From contig OZ244239.1 in the NCBI GenBank assembly GCA_965217115.1, forward strand, positions 1,984,001 to 2,048,000: DNA of 64,000 nt. The letters run 5' to 3'. This document shows, one piece after another, positions 58,718 to 64,000 of this stretch; the stretch's first letter is position 1, and each line of letters opens with the position of its first letter. The translations under genes and the position numbers were made by a program. The notes beneath the pieces were generated by a model. It made no database searches. It was not told where the DNA came from and saw only the letters and a program-made list of their open reading frames with translations. This stretch comes from Bdellovibrionales bacterium (lineage in GTDB: Bacteria > Bdellovibrionota > Bdellovibrionia > Bdellovibrionales > CAYMLA01).

Positions 58718-59260
58718 TTATGGAGAAGTCAACTCAACAGATAGTATTTGATTCAATTCCTGGGAGTGAAAGCGGAGGCCCTTCCAGGAGTAGGTGTGAT
58801 GCCGATGGATTGTTTGAACGTTGAGGTATTCCTGTTTGCCGCTCTCTTTAAAAATAACCAAAAGGGGGTGGGTGTTTAGGGGTGTTTTATCTCCCCGCAG
58901 CTGGTCTTTTCGGGGGATGATTTGAACTGCACAGAAGAGCTCTTTTTTTAGGACGGTCCCCTTGAGTGTTTGTATTTTTTTGACTTTATGGCAGAGGTTT
59001 AATGTGATCTGTGAATCTGTTGCCACGGGAATTCCTGAGAGAATGGAGAGGAACTCATTTTTTTGAAAATCAAAATCCTTGATAGAAATCATTATTGAAA
59101 CAGTTAATAAAAAACTGCAGAGGAGAAGAACCACCTTAATCTTAGTCCACCTGGGATTGATCTTTTTCCCCATGGTCCTATTCCTCCATAGACAAGAAGA
59201 GATGACCGTTGTGATTGTAAAACTTGGTGGAATGAGCGTAACACCAAGCGTAACATCCAA
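58718..59260 (-). CDS. Hypothetical membrane-anchored protein (probable start 59173)
   Basis: MGKKINPRW... followed by a TM helix; the N-terminal extension in the ORF track runs through short repeats. Confidence 0.55.
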   Translation of the reverse strand: MDVTLGVTLIPPSFTITTVISSCLWRNRTMGKKINPRWTKIKVVLLLCSFLLTVSIMISIKDFDFQKNEFLSILSGIPVATDSQITLNLCHKVKKIQTLKGTVLKKELFCAVQIIPRKDQLRGDKTPLNTHPLLVIFKESGKQEYLNVQTIHRHHTYSWKGLRFHSQELNQILSVELTSP

Positions 59261-59280
59261 CGTAACACCAAACGAACACC
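59235..59280. repeat. Short degenerate tandem repeat (CGTAACACCAA-like, x4)
   Basis: agcgtaacacca agcgtaacatcca acgtaacacca aacgaacacc. Confidence 0.8.
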
Positions 59281-59378
59281 CCTATCTTACTTTTTATTGA
59301 TCTAAAATTCGATGGAATACTTTGATTTTAGAGACTCTGCCCAGACAAAGGACTAGCATCAGAATAAGAAGTAAGACC

Positions 59379-59414
59379 AGGAGTAGGAATAGGAGTAGGA
59401 ATAGGAGTAGGAAT
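59379..59414 (+). repeat. 12-bp tandem repeat (AGGAGTAGGAAT)x3
   Basis: Three perfect copies ending 17 bp upstream of ATG 59432. Confidence 0.95.
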
Positions 59415-59431
59415 AGGGTAAAATTTTAACG

Positions 59432-60058
59432 ATGTCTGTTAGAACCTCTTTTTTTTTATTATTGTTTCCTGTGTTTTCTTTAGCCCAGATACCTCCTGAC
59501 TCTAAGCCAAGACATGACCTATATAAAAAAATTAAGAAAACCACCAGTGTTTCATTAAAGGAAGCCTACAATGCTGTTTTTAATCACGATAAAAGAGCAA
59601 GATATGAGCTTGCACGATATGCAAAGCTTAAAGGAACAAAAGGTATTACTAAAGGGTTTCAATTAGAGATAAAGAATCACAAACAAAAATGTAATAAAGA
59701 AAAAAATAACCTGTCCTGCAAGCAACAAGTTACAGACCTAGTTAAACAGCGAGATTTCATAGGTGGCCTGGATAAAGAGGTCGGCAAAAATCCGAAGCTG
59801 GGCCTATATAGAAGCTTGGTGGTAATGAGCTATGTAATAAGACACGAGATTTTAAAACCCTCTTATAAAAAGTGGAGTAAAGAGTGCTCAAATCAGAAAA
59901 AAATAAATACTTTAAAGTGTAAAAAGCAATTTTTTGAAACGGATATTTTGTATTCCATCGTTAAAGACTTAACTCAAGCCTCATATAGTAGTGCCACCAA
60001 GACGACTTTGCCCATTAACAAAAGTGAATTAAAAAAGATGGTGGCTAGATATGAATAA
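59432..60058 (+). CDS. Secreted basic helical hypothetical protein
   Basis: Signal peptide ...VFSLA|Q, two Cys pairs; overlaps the next gene by 8 bp. Confidence 0.7.
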   Translation: MSVRTSFFLLLFPVFSLAQIPPDSKPRHDLYKKIKKTTSVSLKEAYNAVFNHDKRARYELARYAKLKGTKGITKGFQLEIKNHKQKCNKEKNNLSCKQQVTDLVKQRDFIGGLDKEVGKNPKLGLYRSLVVMSYVIRHEILKPSYKKWSKECSNQKKINTLKCKKQFFETDILYSIVKDLTQASYSSATKTTLPINKSELKKMVARYE

Positions 60059-60920
60059 GATATTGGTTATTTTTTCGATATTTCTGTCATTTGAATCTTG
60101 GGCAAATACCTGTCCTGATTGCAAGGGCAAAGAGAAGAAACCCATAGGGATTTGTTTTGTAGATCAATCTTTTGAGGGTACTTTCTTCGAAATGGGAATT
60201 CCCGCTGATTGTGGATATTGGTCTGAAAAATTCTTTGTTGGCAATAAAGATGACATGGAAGCTAAACTCAGAGAACTTTCAGAAAAATGCACCACTATAT
60301 CAAGACTTACCTTTTCAGGGCATGGAAGTCCCGGCTATCATGCTTCAGGCCTCAGAACTGGAAAGGTAGGCTTTCTTAGAAACTATGGCTGTATGTTAGA
60401 AGAGGGGATAAATGTGAGAATTGATGGGTGCAATGTTGGGAGGGGTTGTGAAGGTGATATGTTTTTACATGATATTGCGAAAAACCTTTTCCATGGAAAA
60501 CAAGGATCTGTTAATTCTCCCACACACAATAGTTCAACTTTTTTACCTGGAGTGATCCCCAGCTTTTCGCTTAACGGTGTATCCAGAGAGTTACGATATA
60601 ACCCCTCAAAAAAGTTTTCTCCTGAGGAGTGGACACAAACAGGGTTAGCCATTAGTGACGGCGGGACAATGGCGGAACATTGTAAAAATGAGATTACAGA
60701 GCTAATTGATGATATCAAGGTATATAAGAAAAAATGTGGAGACTTCGCAAGCCTATCTGGATATCAATCCCTTGCTGAAGGCTTATCTTATAGCCAAAGC
60801 TGGGACTATGCTAAGGTAAAGGATACAATAGTACGGTTAAAATATCATCTAAATTCTCTAAAAGACTGTAAACCAGTTTATAGAGGACACCCTCTAAGAA
60901 GACGGAGAAGTGTGCAATAA
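60051..60920 (+). CDS. Secreted Cys-rich protein with DUF4347/clan-CD-like His-Cys motifs
   Basis: Signal peptide ...FESWA|N, ISRLTFSGHGSPG, VRIDGCNVGRGCEG. Confidence 0.65.
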   Translation: MNKILVIFSIFLSFESWANTCPDCKGKEKKPIGICFVDQSFEGTFFEMGIPADCGYWSEKFFVGNKDDMEAKLRELSEKCTTISRLTFSGHGSPGYHASGLRTGKVGFLRNYGCMLEEGINVRIDGCNVGRGCEGDMFLHDIAKNLFHGKQGSVNSPTHNSSTFLPGVIPSFSLNGVSRELRYNPSKKFSPEEWTQTGLAISDGGTMAEHCKNEITELIDDIKVYKKKCGDFASLSGYQSLAEGLSYSQSWDYAKVKDTIVRLKYHLNSLKDCKPVYRGHPLRRRRSVQ

Positions 60921-61101
60921 AATAAACCTCTCGATCTTTGTTTTTTATTTATAAAATCATGCCTTTAAAGGCAAATTAAAAAAACCACTATTAGACCAAA
61001 GAGCTTTCTTTAATTCTTTAGTTTTTTGCTTTTCCGATGAAGTTAAATAATGCCTTGCTAAGTTGAGACTCTTACTTGTGGCTTTTTTATCTTAGAAGGG
61101 A

Positions 61102-62427
61102 TTATTGAGGTTTTTGCGAATCGCTCCAAGGGAGTCCGAGGCCATCTTGACGTCTTATTTCTGCAAGCTCTTTTAAATCTGGAAGTTTCATTGTACCAAA
61201 AATAATATCGGCAAGTGGATAGAGAAGATTAAAATTCGTTCTTACTTTTTTATGATGCACGTAATGGATTTGTGCCATGAGGTTTCCGTAACGGGAATTA
61301 AGTAATTTTCTTAAAACAATCTTATTCTGGGTTTTTTCTAAGACTTGTTGGCGAGGTAAATGCATGTATTTATGTACAAAGTTTACTCCAACTGGATAGA
61401 AAAATGTTGGTACGGTGGAGAGTGTTAACATTATAGGGTCAAATCCTAAAAAATAACCAATGAGAGCAGTGAGGGAAGAGACAGGAGCTACTAAATTGAA
61501 ATAGTCTTTTTTACTCAAAACAAGACCATAGGCACTTTTTTTTACAAGATTTGTTTGATATCTTTCGCCAAAATTATTCTGTTTGACTTTTCCGTGTATG
61601 AAATTATCCACATGTAATTTGTGATTGAGATCATCAAATTGAGCAGTGTATTTCTTGTAGGTGACTCCGTGGTGTACGATACTGTGATTAAAGTGCATTC
61701 CTTTTAATAACTGACCAATAATCGGTAGGTCTCTTAGCTTTTGAGATGCATGGGCCCCATAGCGGTGGAATGCATATTCGGCAAAGGAGGTGATTGCCAG
61801 TCCTGTCATGGCTGCAGCGAGATACTTGCCACCCAAGTTATGAAAAGCCATGCCTGTCAGTGCCAATGTGGAAATTGTTGTGAGAATCACGTAGTCTCTG
61901 ACTTGAGGTACGTAGCTTCTAAAATACTCTTTATAGGATTGTGGTCCATGGCGCAAACTAGCGTTGTAGAAGGTCAGAGCTTCTGGGCGTAAAGATTTAA
62001 GGTGCTTTTTTGGTATAGGCTTTCCTGCATTTTCTCTTGAGAGGAATTGACCAGTTATTTTTTCGTAATGTATTGACAGTAAGTCCTTAATCTTTTCGTT
62101 TAATTTAAATGGTTTAAGGATATTTATTTTTAATAAGTAAGTCAGTGATGCATAATTAACAATTAACGAGGATTGGTTGCTGTTTTTAAATTCAAAATTT
62201 TCTAACTTCGTTAAAAGTAACTTCGCTCTAGTTACAAACTCTCCTTCTCCAAGAGCAATTTCTTCTGTGCGTCTGATTGTTTCAACATCACTCTTAGGGA
62301 TTTTTTTAGAAAGAGAGCTGTATGGGTCTAAAAACAAAGACTTACAAGTGATGTTAGATTGAGCCAAAGAGTTCTGGGCTGCGTGTGTACTGCAGATGAG
62401 AAGACAGCTAAATAAGAACTTATTCAT
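61102..62427 (-). CDS. Fatty acid hydroxylase/sterol desaturase-family protein with N-terminal extension
   Basis: His boxes EYAFHRYGAH, HSIVHH, HKYMH, HYVHH, NFN...ADIIFGT; signal-peptide-like N-terminus. Confidence 0.85.
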   Translation of the reverse strand: MNKFLFSCLLICSTHAAQNSLAQSNITCKSLFLDPYSSLSKKIPKSDVETIRRTEEIALGEGEFVTRAKLLLTKLENFEFKNSNQSSLIVNYASLTYLLKINILKPFKLNEKIKDLLSIHYEKITGQFLSRENAGKPIPKKHLKSLRPEALTFYNASLRHGPQSYKEYFRSYVPQVRDYVILTTISTLALTGMAFHNLGGKYLAAAMTGLAITSFAEYAFHRYGAHASQKLRDLPIIGQLLKGMHFNHSIVHHGVTYKKYTAQFDDLNHKLHVDNFIHGKVKQNNFGERYQTNLVKKSAYGLVLSKKDYFNLVAPVSSLTALIGYFLGFDPIMLTLSTVPTFFYPVGVNFVHKYMHLPRQQVLEKTQNKIVLRKLLNSRYGNLMAQIHYVHHKKVRTNFNLLYPLADIIFGTMKLPDLKELAEIRRQDGLGLPWSDSQKPQ

Positions 62428-62584
62428 TCATTACCTCAAAAGTCTTTTCTTACAACATTAGCAGAGAAAAATAGTTTTGTTTTGACGATTTGTGTGGTGA
62501 TGCAAGGTTTATGGAAAAAAACATTGGGATGTGTGTCTATTTGGGAAGATTTCTTTACATGGTCCAATCAAATGAACAGGAACT

Positions 62585-63472
62585 CTATTCAATAGGGAGA
62601 CAGTAGTACGATATAGAGTCGCTTTGATTTTTTTTATATAATTTATGATCGTAGATCTCTAAATCAAATGAATTTATTCTTTTATGTTTAGATTGAGGTA
62701 GCCATATACCATAGATAAAATCTGCAGCAATATGGCAAGAATGAGTATTGCCACGAATTTCAAAAATAGCGTATTTTTGCGATTTAATTTCAAAGATTTT
62801 CATTGTATGAGGAAAATCAGAGAATGAGGAAACTTCTGCACCTGCTAGATAGTTAAGCTCATTACAATTCATATCTCCATGTGGTGTTATGATAACACCG
62901 TAGCTAAAATTCTTAACTTTGTTTTTTATTTTTTTTCTTTCGCAATTAAATTTGGTCCAATGATTTGAAATTTTATTGTATGATTTTTTTTCACTTGCAA
63001 GAGTAGATTCAAATTTTGTGTTGAGGCCAACGATCTGTTTAGAATCGATTTCTTCGATTTTAGGGATGTGTGAGATGTTTAGAGAGATATAATCTAAGCG
63101 ACTTTTATCCAGGTAGGGTTTCATTTTTGAGATTAAAGAGATTTTTTCTCTTTTAACGAACCCTGGAGTATAACTGAAATAATCTTTAAACGCTCTAGAA
63201 AACGATTCTTGAGATGAGAACTGGTAGTTAATAGCGATATCAATTATTTTTAAATGACCTTTTTTCAAATCTTCAGCTGCTAATGACAACCTCCTTCCTT
63301 TTAAGTAATTTCCAATGGAATCACTGACAATGGCCCGAAAAATCCTTTGAAACTCCCATTGAGAGAACGAGCTTAATTCGCATAAAGATTCTACAGTAAT
63401 AGGTGTGTGAATATTGCTTTCGATAAAATCTATAACTTTTTGTATTTCCAGGATATAACGCTCTGTAACCAT
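62585..63472 (-). CDS. AraC-family regulator with GyrI-like effector domain (Rob-like)
   Basis: IQKVIDFIESN, FQRIF, RRLSLAA, FSSQESFSRAFK, YLAGAEV, IYGIWLPQS, DLEIY. Confidence 0.92.
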   Translation of the reverse strand: MVTERYILEIQKVIDFIESNIHTPITVESLCELSSFSQWEFQRIFRAIVSDSIGNYLKGRRLSLAAEDLKKGHLKIIDIAINYQFSSQESFSRAFKDYFSYTPGFVKREKISLISKMKPYLDKSRLDYISLNISHIPKIEEIDSKQIVGLNTKFESTLASEKKSYNKISNHWTKFNCERKKIKNKVKNFSYGVIITPHGDMNCNELNYLAGAEVSSFSDFPHTMKIFEIKSQKYAIFEIRGNTHSCHIAADFIYGIWLPQSKHKRINSFDLEIYDHKLYKKNQSDSISYYCLPIE

Positions 63473-63649
63473 GAGTTAAAGCATGACATCTAAAGGTTAT
63501 AATGTCATTTGATGAAATGTGCGGGGTTAGACCGTGTCGTCAACAAAAAATTCCTTGTTAATTAATAGCTTGACCCCAGAAAAAAGAATCACTTCCAGTA
63601 AATTATCCACTGGCAGTGCTGAGGTCGGTGGTTCGTTCCGTACTCAGAT

Positions 63650-63742
63650 TGGTGGAGGAGGGGGGATTCGAACCCCCGGTACGAGTTTACCTCGCACGAC
63701 TGTTTAGCAAACAGTTGGTTTCAGCCACTCACCCACTCCTCC
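63650..63742 (-). tRNA. tRNA-Ser (GCT)
   Basis: GGAGGAGTGGGTGAGTGGCTGAAACCA-ACTGT-TTGCTAA-ACAGT, long variable arm, GGTTCGAATCC...CTCCTCCACCA (93 nt). Confidence 0.96.
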
Positions 63743-64000
63743 TACTAGAAGTCACAACGGAGTAACATTTCAGAAGAAAACTTTGCCACAGGCTTGATCT
63801 GGAATCAAGAGACTCCTTTGAGTTTCTTGGAAGATATCTAGTAGTTTTCAGGAAAAAGAGTTCTTTCCACGGTTTCAATGACTGTGTGAATGAGCTTAAT
63901 GTGAATTTCCTGTATTCTGTCCGATGTCTGAGCAGGGACGACAAGGGCTAGATCAGCTAACTTTCCAAGGGCCCCTCCGTCTTTCCCCAGAAGCCCGACG

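Noticed and set aside
59359..59544. ORF encoding YSYSYSYS
   Set aside because: Antisense translation of the 12-bp repeat, overlapping the real plus-strand gene
63618..63648. tRNA T-arm-like fragment (gaggtcggtggttcg) as a possible att site
   Set aside because: Short, on the opposite strand to tRNA-Ser, does not match the tRNAs in the window, and is better explained as a CTGAG/CTCAG hairpin downstream of the tRNA
63729..63944. 71-aa minus-strand ORF
   Set aside because: Overlaps the tRNA-Ser 5' end and its upstream region; no motif

Overview
64-kb chromosomal window from a low-GC Gram-negative bacterium. Gene content and order (TIGR02147-type protein, 'SKARL.ALG'-type major OMP, bamA-skp-fabZ-lpxA-gnnA-lpxB-lpxK-lpxL, ribF-pilB-pilC-pilS-pilR, vWA lipoprotein) suggest Bdellovibrionota; this is an inference. 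Core blocks: kbl/tdh, FKBP PPIase, sodB, pyrC, porin-pstSCAB-phoU, OM/lipid A operon, type IV pilus regulatory cluster and four tRNAs (Met, Arg-CCT, Asn, Ser-GCT). Accessory patches rich in small secreted hypothetical proteins lie at 17-21 kb, 42-43 kb and 56-63 kb. The most striking non-genic signal is a family of long rod-like palindromic elements. They share a conserved asymmetric core (GCGAGTTYGGMTTGG...CAAACGRATGTYTGAGC) but have co-varying or exchanged outer arms and apical stems. They occur as a 172-bp tandem array (43.19-44.14 kb), a scrambled cluster (41.63-42.09 kb) and a split copy (18.8/20.7 kb); at both loci they bracket self-contained secreted-protein genes. No transposase, integrase or cas gene is visible in the window. 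Other notable items: a MerR regulator fused to an apparently degenerate Mur-ligase domain with a canonical 19-bp-spacer MerR promoter, a possible VirB8-like orphan module, a secreted DUF4347/clan-CD-like His-Cys protein, and absence of pilT and lpxD/gnnB from their usual operon positions. All family calls come from motif recognition by eye; no database searches were run.
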